Below, one piece after another: positions 1 to 10,985 of a DNA stretch of 64,000 nucleotides. The notes under the pieces are model-generated. The model searched no databases and was not told the DNA's origin. It saw nothing but the letters and a program-made list of their open reading frames with translations. The translations under genes and the position numbers were made by a program. Numbering within the stretch: the stretch's first letter is position 1; each line of letters begins with the position of its first letter. This DNA comes from an uncultured Alphaproteobacteria bacterium (GTDB taxonomy: Bacteria > Pseudomonadota > Alphaproteobacteria > Sphingomonadales > Sphingomonadaceae), in NCBI GenBank assembly GCA_963727345.1, contig CAVSFG010000006.1, positions 651,142 to 715,141 on the forward strand, in the 5' to 3' direction.

Positions 1-371
1 TGGCGATTCTCACCGCCCGCGATGCCGCCGATCTGTTCGAACCGCATTTCGCCGACGCCGCCGGCGAACGGCTGGTGACCGCATATCTCGCCGCCGACGG
101 CCGGCTGCTGGCGCTCGATTCGCTGGATGAGGAGGGCAGCGCGGTGACCTTGCCGATGCGCGCCCTCGTCGCGCGGGCGCTGGCGCTCGACGCGGCGGGA
201 CTGGTGATCGCCCACAATCATCCGAGCGGCGACCCCAGTCCAAGCGCCGAGGACGTCAAGCTCACCCGCCGCTTCGCCATGGCGTGCGACGCGCTCGGCC
301 TCGCCCTCCACGATCATCTTATCTTCGCCGGCGGCCAGTGCGAAAGCTTCCGCCGCCTTGGCTTGCTCTGA
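1..371 (+). CDS. RadC-like JAB domain protein (start codon probably cut by window edge)
   Basis: HNHPSGDPSPS and DHLI JAMM motifs; frame is open back to the window start. Confidence 0.85.
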   Translation, partial: AILTARDAADLFEPHFADAAGERLVTAYLAADGRLLALDSLDEEGSAVTLPMRALVARALALDAAGLVIAHNHPSGDPSPSAEDVKLTRRFAMACDALGLALHDHLIFAGGQCESFRRLGLL

Positions 372-377
372 GCGAGG

Positions 378-1068
378 CTAAAGCGCGCAGGCCCTGATGT
401 CGCGCGGCTCCGGCCGCGGCCCGCGCGGCTCGAACGAGGCGAAATAGGATTCGCTGTCCGCCAGCCGCTCGAAGCGGGTCAGCTCATAGCCGACCGCGTT
501 GAACTCGCAGACCAGCAGCCGCGGCGGCGTGCCATGCCGGTCGGTCGTGCGGTCGGCATCGACGACCACGACGCGCCCCTCGCGCGCCAGATCGCCGCGC
601 AGATGCCAGAGGAACTCGTAGGGCTGCGCGATCTCGTGATACATGTGGATCATCAGGATGCGATCGAACGAGCGCGTCCGGCAGCTGCGGATCGTTGGGC
701 TGGCCGAGGCGAAGCGCGACATTGTCGAGCCGCTCGCGCTGGACGCGCTGGCCGAGCGCGCGGATCGTCTCGGGCACGATGTCCTCGGCCAGGATGCGGC
801 CTTCGCGGCCGATCATCGGCGACAGGCGGACGGTATAATAGCCCTGGCCGGCGCCGATGTCGGCGATCGACATGCCGGCGCCGATCTCGGCGAGGCGGAT
901 GACCGACTGGAACTCGCCGACGCTGTCGCGCGCATCCTCGTCGCGATAGGCGGAGGAGACGATCGGCGCGACCGGCCGCTGCGGCGCCGCGAAGGTCGAC
1001 TGGTTCGCCTCCTCCTGTTCGCGGCACGCGCCAAGCAGCGCGAGCGCGACGAGAACAGCGGCGCGCAT
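378..1068 (-). CDS. Class I SAM-dependent methyltransferase, putative lipoprotein (one frameshift near 670)
   Basis: [12 protein letters not shown] motif; LLGAC lipobox; C-terminal half ([12 protein letters not shown]) continues in ORF 378..722. Confidence 0.75.
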
Positions 1069-1069
1069 C

Positions 1070-2199
1070 TTAGTCGACATCCTCGACAACCACCTTCTCG
1101 CCGGTCACCCGCTGCGACAGCGCCGCGGCCATGAAGCGGTCGAGATCGCCGTCGAGCACGTCGGACGGGCGAGGTCGAGGTCACGCCGGTGCGCAGATCC
1201 TTCACCAGCTGATAGGGCTGCAGGACGTAGGAGCGGATCTGGTGGCCCCAGCCGATCTCGGTCTTGGCCGCATAGCCCTCGCTCGCCTCCGCCTCGCGCC
1301 TCTGCAGCTCGGCCTCGTAGAGCCGCGCCTTCAGCTGCTTCAGCGCCTCGGCGCGGTTCTTGTGCTGGCTGCGCTGGTTCTGGCAGGCGACGATGATCCC
1401 GGTCGGCAGATGGGTGATGCGCACCGCCGAATCGGTGGTGTTGACATGCTGCCCGCCCGCGCCCGAGGCGCGATAGGTGTCGATCTTGAGGTCGCTTTCG
1501 TTGACCTCGATGTCGATGTCCTCGTCGACCTCGGGATAGACCCAGACGCTGGCGAAGCTGGTATGGCGGCGCGCCGAGCTGTCATAGGGGCTGATCCGCA
1601 CCAGCCGGTGCACGCCGCTCTCCGTCTTGGCGTAGCCATAAGCGTTCTCGCCCTTGATCAGGAGGGTGGCCGATTTGATCCCGGCCTGCTCGCCGCCATG
1701 ATAGTCGACCAGCTCGACCTTCATGCCGTGCCGCTCGCCCCAGCGGACGTACATGCGCTGCAGCATCTCGGCCCAGTCCTGGCTTTCGGTGCCGCCGGCG
1801 CCGGCGTTGATCTCGACATAGGTGTTGTTGGCGTCCGCCTCGCCGGCGAGCAGGGCGGCGACCTTGTCGCGCTCGGCCCGCTCGGCAAGCTCGACAAGCG
1901 ACGTGACAGCGTCGTCGACCAGCCCGGAATCGCCCTCGGCCTCCGCCATCTCCATCAGCTCGACAGTGTCGGCCAGCTCCTTCTCGATCGCCCGGGTCGC
2001 GCCGATCGCCTGGTCGAGCCGCTGCCGCTCGCGCATCACTTCCTGCGCCGCCTTGGGGTCGTCCCAGAGCGTCGAATCCTCGACCTTCGCGTTCAGCTCC
2101 TCAAGCCGCCTCAGCGCCCGGTCCCAATCGAGGAACCGGCGCAACAGAGGCGAGCGCGGCATAGATCTGGTCGCTGGCGGCTTGCGCTTCGGCGCGCAT
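1070..2199 (-). CDS. prfB: Peptide chain release factor 2 (frameshifts near 2150 and 1165)
   Basis: GAGGQHVN (GGQ), RISPYD and WGHQIRSY motifs; N-terminus MRAEAQ in an adjacent frame. Confidence 0.95.
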
Positions 2200-2249
2200 A
2201 TTCTGGGCTTCTCCGTGGCCGAGACACGGCCTGCTGTTTGGCAGTAGGC

Positions 2250-4837
2250 CTAGTAAATCCCGCCCTGGCTTTGCAAGAAATCGCTGTCGCGGCGGTCGGC
2301 GCGGGCGGTGGCGGCGCGGCGGGTGGTCTGACGCGGCGCCTGGGCGATTTCTTCCTCGGTCGTCACCCGCCGCGGCTCGCTTTCCGGCCGGAACGCTTCC
2401 CAGATCACCGCCGCGCGCGGGTCGAGGCCGGGCCAGACCGCCGCCCGCCGCCCGGTGCGCCGATCGATCGGGACCATCCTGATCCCGGCCGGGGCGCGGA
2501 ACGGCAGCACCGGCATTCCGACGAAGGCGGTCTGCGCGAACTGGCGGAAGATCGGCGCCGCGACCCGGCCGCCCTGCGCCCAGCCGCCCATCGGCCGCGG
2601 CCGATCGTAGCCAAGATAGACGCCGGCGACGATCTGGGCCGAGCCGCCGACGAACCAGACATTGGTCGGGCCAGTGGTCGTTCCGGTCTTGCCGAAGATC
2701 GGCCGATTGAGGTCGCGGAGCAGTGTGGCGGTACCGCGCTGGACGACGCCCTCCAGCATATGGACGACCTGATAGGCGGTCATCGGGTCCATCACTTGGC
2801 GGGTGCGCAGCGGCGGGCGCGGCATCGGCCGGCCGTCCCAGTCGGCCGCGTTGCAGCCGTCGCAGGGCCTGGTGTCGGCGCGGAACAGCACTCGTCCGCG
2901 CCGGTCCTGGACGAGATCGATCACCGTCGGAGGATTGCGCCCGGCCATTATTGGCCATGATCGCGTAAGCATTGGTGATCCGCTGCGCGGTCGTGTCGGC
3001 GGCGCCGAGCGCCACCGGCAGCACGTTGGGATAATTCTCGCCCAACCCCATCAGCCGGGCGGTGCGGTTGACCCGCTCCATGCCGACGAAATTGGCGGCC
3101 CGGATCGTCATCAAATTGCGCGACTGCTCGAGGCCCCAACGCATCGTCTGCGGCCCGGCATAGCCGCCCGAGAAATTGCGGAAGCAATATTGATTCGATC
3201 GGCCGGGGTTCACGCAGAACGGACCGTCGAGGATGATCGACGCCGGCGTCCAGCCCGCATCCAGCGCCGCCGCGTAGACGAACGGCTTGAACGAGGAGCC
3301 GGGCTGGCGCTGCGCCTGGGTGGCGCGGTTGAAGTCGGAGAGCCGATAGTCGAAGCCGCCCTGCATCGCCCGCACCCGTCCCGTGCCGACCTCCTCGGCG
3401 ATGATCGCGCCCGAGATTTCCGGGATCGAGCGCAGCGCATAAGTGTCGCCGCGTCTCGCCCTGCCGCTCGACCGCGATCACAGTGCCGGGTCGCAGCGCC
3501 GCGAACGCCGGGCCGCCGGTTCCCCGGCGCGGCATCGACGCATTGGCGGAGGGCAATCGCCCGCGCGTCCCATCGACGAAGCCGAGCTGCGCCTCGCCGC
3601 CGCCGATCGCCAGCACCACGGCCTCGCGCCAGGCCGGATAACCGGCCCCGAACGGCGCCGCCGCGAGCCGCGAGCGCCAGTCGCCGTTGACGTCGATCGT
3701 CAGCCCCGGAATCGCGCCAGCCGCGTCCGCCCTCGAAGCGCACCAGCCCGTCGCGCAGCGCCGTCTCGGCGGCGCGCTGCATCGCCGGGATCATAGGAGG
3801 TCCGCACCCACAGCCCGCCGGCATAGACGCTGTTCGGATGCTCGGGATCGGCATTCTCGCCGAAGCGGGTGACCAGCTCGCGCCGCACCTCCTCCATGAA
3901 ATAGCCGTTGACGTTGCGGACCTGCTCCTCGGTGCCGCCCTGGATCGTCGCCAGCGGGGTCGCGGATCGCCGCGTCGGCGCGCGCCTGGGTGACGAAGCC
4001 GTTGCGCGCCATCTCGCCGAGCACCCAGTTGCGCCGCTCCAGCGCCCGGTCGCGATGGCGGACCGGATCGTAATTGCTCGGCGCCTTGGGCAGGATGGCG
4101 AGATAGGCGAATTCGGCCAGGCTCAGCTCGCGCACGTCGCGGTTGAAATAGGCCCGCGCCGCCGCCTGCACGCCATAGGCGTTTCGGCCGAGGAAGATCT
4201 GATTGAGGTAGATTTCCAGGATCTGCTCCTTGGACAGCACCGATTCGATGCGCCGGGCGAGGAACAGTTCGCGGATCTTGCGGGTGTAGCTGACCTCGTT
4301 GGTCAGGAACATGTTCTTGGCGACCTGCTGGGTGATCGTCGAGGCGCCGACCGGCCGGCCGGGGTTGGTGAAGTTCGACCACATCGCCGAGAAGATGCCG
4401 GGCAGATCGATGCCGCCATGGGTGAAGAAGGTGCGGTCCTCGGCGGCGAGGAAGGCGTTGATCAGGTCGCGCGGGAATTCCTCATAAGCGAGCTGGACGC
4501 GCCGCTCGCGGGCGAAGGTCTGCACCGGCTCGCCGTTGATGTCGCGGACATAGGTCGGCAGCGCCGGCTCGTAGGTGAGCAACGTCTCCGCCGAGGGCAG
4601 GCCGCGCGCGAAGATCATCCACAGGATGAAATAGCCGATGAAGGGGAGGGCGGCGAGGAACAGCAACGCCTTCCCCCACCACCGCCGCCACAGCCAGATG
4701 ATCGGCAGCAGGATGAGGCGGACGAAGCCCCAGATCGCGCCCAGAAAGCCTGTGAAAGCCGCCCACGCCCGCCCGAACGCCCCCGGCTCGCGGCGCAAGG
4801 TGATCTTCTCGGTCTGCGCGTCCTCGGCGGCGGTCAT
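2250..4837 (-). CDS. mrcA: Penicillin-binding protein 1A (several frameshifts)
   Basis: Transglycosylase motifs AEDRTF and GASTITQQVAKN; transpeptidase motifs GSSFK, SRN and KTG, spread over ORFs 3791..4837, 2101..3375 and 2250..2972. Confidence 0.9.
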
Positions 4838-4953
4838 AGCGTGGCTCTAGCGCAGGCAGGGCCGGGGAGGGAAGGCGGAAGCGGCGAAACGCTGACGCTG
4901 GAAATCCCCGCAACCCGCGCCTATCTTCGTTGCCGAACCGCAAGGACCCGCTG

Positions 4954-5668
4954 ATGGCGCTCGGCCTTCTGGCCTATCTCGATTCGGTGAAGGCGCGCGA
5001 CCCGGCGCCGCGTTCGCGCTGGGAGGTCTTGCTCTATCCCGGCGTCTGGGCGCTCGGTTTCCATCGCGTCGCCCACTGGCTGTTCGTCGGCCGGCTTTAC
5101 TTCCTCGCCCGGCTTCGTCAACCATATCTCGCGGATGCTGACCGCGATCGACATTCACCCGGGCGCGACGATCGGCCGCAACTTCTTCATCGATCATGGC
5201 TTCACGGTGATCGGCGAGACTGCCGAGATCGGCGACGACGTCACCATCTACCAGAACGCCACCCTGGGCGGCACCAACCCGACCAATGGCGTTTCCGGCA
5301 AGCGCCACCCGACTTTGTGCGACGGCGTCATCATCAGCTCCGGCGCCCAGGTGCTGGGACCGATCACGGTCGGCGCGCGGGCGCGGGTCGGCGCCAATTC
5401 GGTGGTCACCAGGGACGTGCCACCGGGCGCGACGATGGTCGGCATCCCGGCCCGCTCCACTCTGGTCAACGCGGAGGAGAGCAGCGCAAGCTTCCTGCCT
5501 TACGGCACGCCCTGCTCCGAGGCTTTCGATCCCGCCACGCAGAAGCTGGAGCTGCTCCAGTGCGAGATCGAGCAGCTGCGCAAGCGGCTCGCCGAGCTGA
5601 TCGAGGAGCGCGAAGTCGCGCAGCGTGCGGCGGGAGATCGCGACCTCAAGGGCCGGGGCCGCGCCTGA
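4954..5668 (+). CDS. cysE: Serine O-acetyltransferase (frameshift near 5115)
   Basis: RDPA..LYPG N-terminus; IDIHPGA, FFIDHG, KRHPT and hexapeptide repeats. Confidence 0.9.
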
Positions 5669-6009
5669 TGGGGACGGTCCTCGCCTTTCCGGGACCGTCA
5701 AATCAGAAACAGGTGACGTTCGAGCGGTTGGAGCTCAACCGCATCGTCGATCTTTACGGCCGTATGGTCGCCGCCGGCCTGTGGAGGGATTATGCGATCG
5801 AGTTCCGCTCCGATGCGGCGAGCTTCCGCGCCTTCCGCCGCGCCGCCGAGCGGCCCGAATACCGGATCGAGAAGCGCCTCGCTCAGCGCGCCGCCGGCGG
5901 GCTCTGGGTCCTGATCGGCGAGGCCGGCCAGGTGCTGCGACGCGGGCCCGAGCTCGGCCCGGTCCTCGCGCCGCTCGAGCGCCGGCTCATGAAGCTGGTC
6001 GGGAACTGA
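5668..6009 (+). CDS. DUF2794-like protein
   Basis: [16 protein letters not shown]...[14 protein letters not shown] pattern; start overlaps the cysE stop. Confidence 0.75.
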   Translation: MGTVLAFPGPSNQKQVTFERLELNRIVDLYGRMVAAGLWRDYAIEFRSDAASFRAFRRAAERPEYRIEKRLAQRAAGGLWVLIGEAGQVLRRGPELGPVLAPLERRLMKLVGN

Positions 6010-6054
6010 GGGACCGAACAGGCGCGCCGGCCGCTTCTGTGCTAGAACGGGCAC

Positions 6055-6450
6055 ATGAAGTGCGCGGCCTTCGGATTGCTGCTTCTGCTGGCCGGCTGCC
6101 AGAGCCCGATGGCGCGCGACTATCCGGCCCCGTGGACCCGGCTGAGCCCGGAGGGGCTCGCGGCGCTCAACGCGCTTGCTTATGGCGGCGTCGGTGCCTG
6201 CGTCGAGCGGCGCCATGCGACCATTCCGAACCAGTATCTGCTCGCCTGCTCCTACGATCACTATCGCTGGGTCGGCCTCGTCGTCGCTACCGGCCGGCGC
6301 GAACCGGTCGGCAGCTATGATCATGACGACATCGTCGCCCTCGGCCTGCCGCCGGACGAGCTGCTACCGGCCCGCTCGCACTCGCAGATGCAGTCGGAGG
6401 CCGAGATAAATCGCATCAACACGCAGCGGACAGCTGAGGGCGAACGATAG
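6055..6450 (+). CDS. Hypothetical lipoprotein
   Basis: LLAGC lipobox after a hydrophobic stretch. Confidence 0.6.
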   Translation: MKCAAFGLLLLLAGCQSPMARDYPAPWTRLSPEGLAALNALAYGGVGACVERRHATIPNQYLLACSYDHYRWVGLVVATGRREPVGSYDHDDIVALGLPPDELLPARSHSQMQSEAEINRINTQRTAEGER

Positions 6451-6459
6451 GCCAGTCTT

Positions 6460-7568
6460 CTAGGCCGCCGCCACGGCCGGCCGATCCAGCACCGGCAGCC
6501 GGTCGCGTAAGCCCGTCCGGCAGCGGCGCCACCACCAGCCGCCGCGCATTGCTCCAGAAGGCCGAGAGCAGCAGCAGCGCCGAACCGATGACGAGCGCGG
6601 TGAGCGCGAAGCTCAATTCCACCGCGCCATAGGTCTGGAACAGGCTGTTGATCGCGTAGAGCACATAAGCGAGCGCCGAGACGAGCAATGCCCGCCGGTC
6701 GACCGCCAAAGCGGTGATGCCGAGCACGACGTAGAGCAGGACCACGGTGACCCCGCCCATCACCGTCACCGCGCCCTCGGTGAGGCCGAGCAGGGTGAAG
6801 ATCGGATGGACGATCAGGGGCGCGGCGAGCAGATGCAGCCAGAAGGCGACGTCCGAGCGGCGGGTTTCGCGCCGGCGGTCCGAGCCGTCCCACCACATCG
6901 CGAACAGGAACACGCCGATTCCGAGCGCGAGCGCCACACCATGCATCGCGTTGAACAGCGCCTGCTCCTCTGCATCGCTCATCGCGTTGCCGACCAGCGT
7001 CGTGGCGATGAGCGCCAGCACGAGCCCGACCGCCGCCGCGGCGCCGGCCGCGATCGTGATCGGCACCTTGAAGCGCCGCCAGTGCAGCCAGGCCGCGCCG
7101 ACCGCGACCGCCGCCGCGACCGCGAGGACGACACCGACCGCTTGCTGGTTCCGCTCAAAGAAGTCGTCGCCCAAGCCGGTCGCGATCGCCGCTCCGACGG
7201 CGGCGAACGTCCCGCCGACGAAGGCGAGCAGGAAGAGGATGCTGGGCAGCGCCATCCGCCGCTGCCGGGTGAAGAATTCGGCGAGGCCCCAGGCCGCCAC
7301 CGCGACGAACAGGCCCATGAAGGGGGAGGGACCGTCGCTCGTCGATGTTCGGCGGAATCGCATGGCCGATCCAGCCCACCGCGAACAACAGGATCGCGCC
7401 GGCGATCGCGACGAAGATGTCGTTGAAGCCGGTCAGCAGCCGGAAATGCTCCTCGTCCACCACCGGCGTCTGCCGCCGCGCGGCGATGAAGGCGCGCAGC
7501 TTCTCGGCCTGATCGGCGCTCAGCGCGCCCGCCGTGACGGCAGCGTCGAGATCGCTTTCGCTGTACAT
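6460..7568 (-). CDS. Multi-pass membrane protein of unknown function (frameshifted)
   Basis: MYSESDLDAAV...EEHFRLLTGFNDIF N-terminus plus many hydrophobic helices in ORF 6416..7363. Confidence 0.7.
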
Positions 7569-7626
7569 GGCTATGTCCCTCCTGTGCGGAGCCGCATAGC
7601 ATTTGTGTGTTAGTGTATCAATACAC

Positions 7627-8520
7627 TCATGCACCTTGAAGCCGCTGCATGATCGTCATCGCCTGCTCGGCGCCGGCCTGGGGCACGATCTCGCCGGTCC
7701 GGTCGGTGATCGCCGCCCATTGCGCGGCGACCGCCTCGGGCGTCGGCTCGGACAGCACCGCGCCTTTGGTGAGCGTGACATAAGCGGCCTGGACGACGCC
7801 GGCTCCGGCGCCGAGGATCGTGTTGGTCGGCGCTTCCTCGCTGACCAGGAACAGGGCGGCCGGCGCGACCAGCTCCGGCCGGAAGCGCTCGAGCAATTCG
7901 GGCGGGAACAGATCCTCGGTCATCCGCGTCGCCGCGGTCGGGGCGATCGTGTTGACCCGGACATTGTATTTCGCGCCTTCCAGCGCGAGCGTCTTGGCCA
8001 GGCCGGCGAGGCCGAGCTTCGCGGCGCCGTAATTGGCCTGGCCGAAATTGCCGTAGAGGCCGGTCGAGCTCGCGGTCATCAGGATGCGGCCATAAGCCTG
8101 CTCGCGCATCGTCTCCCAGACCGCCTTGGTGCAGACCGCCGAGCCGATCAGGTGCACGTCGATGACGGCGCGAAAGTCGTCGACGCTCATCTTGGCGAAG
8201 CTCTTGTCGCGCAGGATGCCGGCATTGTTGATCAGGATATGGACGCCGCCCCAGGCCTCCGTCGCGCGGGCAACCATCGCCGTCATCTGCGCCTCGTCGG
8301 TCACGTTGCCGCCGTCCGCCATCGCGGCGCCGCCGGCGGCCTCGATCTCGGCCACCACCCGGCCGGCGGCGTCGCTGTGACCGGCGCCATCGCGGCTGCC
8401 GCCCAGATCGTTGACCACGACCTTCGCGCCGCGCCGGGCAAGCTCCAGCGCGTAGGCGCGGCCCAGGCCGCCGCCCGCGCCGGTAACGATCGCGACCCGG
8501 CCCTCGAACGAAATCGTCAT
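7627..8520 (-). CDS. SDR family oxidoreductase (MFE-2-like 3-hydroxyacyl-CoA dehydrogenase type)
   Basis: TGAGGGLG, NNAGILRD and YGAAK motifs. Confidence 0.9.
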   Translation of the reverse strand: MTISFEGRVAIVTGAGGGLGRAYALELARRGAKVVVNDLGGSRDGAGHSDAAGRVVAEIEAAGGAAMADGGNVTDEAQMTAMVARATEAWGGVHILINNAGILRDKSFAKMSVDDFRAVIDVHLIGSAVCTKAVWETMREQAYGRILMTASSTGLYGNFGQANYGAAKLGLAGLAKTLALEGAKYNVRVNTIAPTAATRMTEDLFPPELLERFRPELVAPAALFLVSEEAPTNTILGAGAGVVQAAYVTLTKGAVLSEPTPEAVAAQWAAITDRTGEIVPQAGAEQAMTIMQRLQGA

Positions 8521-8521
8521 G

Positions 8522-8566
8522 AAAAATCCCCCGCTCCGCGCCAACCGGAGCGCGGAGTAGGGGATT
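8522..8566 (-). terminator. Hairpin with T-tract between the secreted protein gene and the SDR gene
   Basis: Minus strand AATCCCCtACTCCGCGC...GCGCGGAGCgGGGGATTTTT immediately before the SDR ATG. Confidence 0.5.
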
Positions 8567-8588
8567 CAGTCTTGGCCGCAAAGTGCCG

Positions 8589-9029
8589 TTATTGCGGGCT
8601 GCGGCCGCGTTCGTAGGTCTGCACGCAATTGTCGGTCACCGTGCGCGAGCAGGGCGGATGCGCCGTGTCGGTGCTGTTCACCGCCTCGCCGGTCGCCGGA
8701 TCGACGATCGGGCCGCCGACGCCGGTGGTTGCGGGCGTGCCGTTATAGCCGGACGGCACGATCGCGGCGTCCGAGATGACGGCGATGCCACGCGCGTCAC
8801 GCTCCGGATTGGTGTTCCCGGGGGCCTGGACCTGGCCCGTCGACGGCATCGCGCTGGGCGCCGGGGCCGGGGTCATGGCTGGCGGCGGGGCGGGAGTCAG
8901 GGACTGGTCCGGAGCCGGCATCGGCTCGGTCGCGACCGGCACGTCCGGCGTTGGCGCGGTTTCCTGTTCGGTCTGGGCGATGGCGGCGACGCTGGTGGTC
9001 AGCGCGATCGCCAGAAGGAGCCTTTTCAT
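8589..9029 (-). CDS. Secreted Pro/Thr-rich protein with C-terminal CSRTVTDNC motif (paralog 1)
   Basis: Signal peptide MKRLLLAIA...AIA|Q; RBS aggaga; low-complexity body. Confidence 0.75.
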   Translation of the reverse strand: MKRLLLAIALTTSVAAIAQTEQETAPTPDVPVATEPMPAPDQSLTPAPPPAMTPAPAPSAMPSTGQVQAPGNTNPERDARGIAVISDAAIVPSGYNGTPATTGVGGPIVDPATGEAVNSTDTAHPPCSRTVTDNCVQTYERGRSPQ

Positions 9030-9094
9030 GGAATGTCTCCTGATGCTTGGGGGCGAACGCTAAACGCGCGATGGACGGCTTTTCTCCCTGATGA

Positions 9095-9448
9095 TCAGCG
9101 CGGGCTGCCGCGTTCCCGCTGCACGCAATTGTCAGTCACGGTGCGCGAGCAGCGCGGATAATTCTGCGTCGCGGGCTGCGGGGTGGGCCGCGCGTCGGCT
9201 GGAACTCCGGTGCCGCCCATCTGTGGTGGCTGGTTGAAGCCCGCCGGCGCCTGTGCGGGATTCGAGATCACGGGCGTCCCGGCATTGTCGGGCTGCGGCG
9301 CGGAATTGTCAGGGGGAATCGTCGTCGGACCGGACGGCGGCGCTGGTTCAGGCTGAGCGGCCTCCGGCGCTGGGGTGGGTTGCGTCGTGTCTTGAGCCAT
9401 GGCCGTCCCGCCAAAGGCGATTGCGGCGGCGAGTAGCGCCATTTTCAT
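9095..9448 (-). CDS. Secreted Pro/Gln-rich protein with C-terminal CSRTVTDNC motif (paralog 2)
   Basis: Signal peptide MKMALLAAA...AMA|Q; RBS ggagg; same C-terminal motif as 8589..9029. Confidence 0.75.
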   Translation of the reverse strand: MKMALLAAAIAFGGTAMAQDTTQPTPAPEAAQPEPAPPSGPTTIPPDNSAPQPDNAGTPVISNPAQAPAGFNQPPQMGGTGVPADARPTPQPATQNYPRCSRTVTDNCVQRERGSPR

Positions 9449-9558
9449 CAAATCATCCTCCATGGTGGCCGCAGTTGAACGACGCGCATGCGCAGCGTTC
9501 CCCCGCGATGGCCCAACAACGCGGTAAGGGAGATCAGGTTCTTCGGTTCGGCCCGCGC

Positions 9559-10260
9559 TTAGCCCGCCGCGTCGGCATCCAGCGCATAACCAGCCGAGCG
9601 CACGGTCCGGATCAGGTCGGCGCCCGCCAGTCACATTGATCGCCTTGCGCAGACGGCGAATATGAACGTCAACGGTCCTGAGCTCGATTTCGCTGTCGCG
9701 GCCCCAGACGGCGTCGAGCAGCCGTTCGCGGGAGAAAACGCGGCCCGGATGTTCGAGGAAATGGCGCAGCAACCGGAACTCGGTCGGCCCGATCGAGATC
9801 GGCGTACCGCCGCGCCGCAGTCGGTGGCTCACCAGGTCCATCTCGATATCGGCATAAGCGCAGCTTCTCGCCCGCCAGCGCCGGCCGCATCCGGCGCAGC
9901 ACCGCCGAGACCCGCGCGACCAGTTCCTTCGGCGAGAACGGCTTGGTGATATAATCGTCCGCGCCGGTCTCGAGGCCGCGCACCCGGTCGGCCTCCTCGA
10001 TCCGCGCGGTCAGCATGATGATCGGCACGTTGGCCGTCTCGGGCAGCCGCCGCAGCCGCCGGCACACCTCGATCCCCGAGACGCCCTCGATCATCCAGTC
10101 GAGGATCACCAGGTCCGGCGGGCTTTCCCGCGCCATCAGCAACGCATCCTCGCCGTCGGCGGTCGCCTCGACGGTGAACTCCTCCCGCCGCAGATTGAAG
10201 GTCAGGAGCTCGACGAGGGCGCTGATCGTCCTCGACGAGCAGGATGCGGCCCTTGCTCAC
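9559..10260 (-). CDS. phoB: Phosphate regulon response regulator PhoB (frameshifted)
   Basis: ILLVEDD, LDWM, GADDYITKPFS and RTVDVHIRRLRK; follows phoU. Confidence 0.9.
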
Positions 10261-10975
10261 GCCTTGTCGCCGATCTGGCCGGCGTTGATCTCGGTCGTGT
10301 CCGCGCCCTTCGCCCGATCGCCGAGATGCCGGCCGGTCGAGGCGAAATAGACCATCTCGGCGACATTGGTCGCATGATCGCCGATCCGCTCGAGATTCTT
10401 GGCGACGAACAGCAGGTGCGTCGCCGGCGTGATGTTGTGCGGATTTTCCATCATATGGGTGAGCAGGGCGCGGAAGATCGAGTTGTAGAAATCGTCCACC
10501 GCCGCGTCGCGCTCGCATACCGCCTGCGCCTTGGCGGCGTCGCGCTGGACGAAGGCGTCGAGCACGTTGTGCACCATCTCGCCGGCGATCCGCGCCATTT
10601 CGGGCAGCAGCGACAGCGGCCTGATCTTGCTGTCCTCGACGCTTGCGACCCGCTTGGCGATGTTCTTGGCATAATCGCCGATCCGCTCGACCACGCCGGC
10701 GATCTTCAGCGCCGCGACCACTTCGCGCAGATCGTCGGCCATCGGCGCGCGCAGCGCGATGATCTGGACGGCGCGGCGCTCGACCTCGGCCTCCAGCGCA
10801 TCGATCCGCGCGTCGCGCTCGATGACCCGAGCGGCGGCGTCGGCGTCGCGCTTGACGAGCGCCTCCATCGCCTCGGCGGATCGCCGCTTCGGCGAGGCCG
10901 CCCATCTCCGCGATGGTGGCGCGCAGCGCGTTCGAGTTCCTCGTCGAACGCCTTGATCGTGTGGCCTGTCGCCAT
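10257..10975 (-). CDS. phoU: Phosphate signalling protein PhoU (frameshifted near N-terminus)
   Basis: HTIKAFDEEL; ERIGDYAKNI and ERIGDHATN repeats. Confidence 0.92.
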
Positions 10976-10985
10976 ATCGCTCTCC

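Noticed and set aside
8621-9152. 32-bp direct repeat as a CRISPR or att site
   Set aside because: There are only two copies, both in coding frame with synonymous differences; it is a conserved protein motif.
9095-9841. Apparent PhoB-secreted protein fusion (likewise the NlpC-membrane fusion 61291..62760 and the cysE-DUF2794 fusion 4930..6009)
   Set aside because: These arise from frameshifts joining separate genes, each of which has its own start codon.
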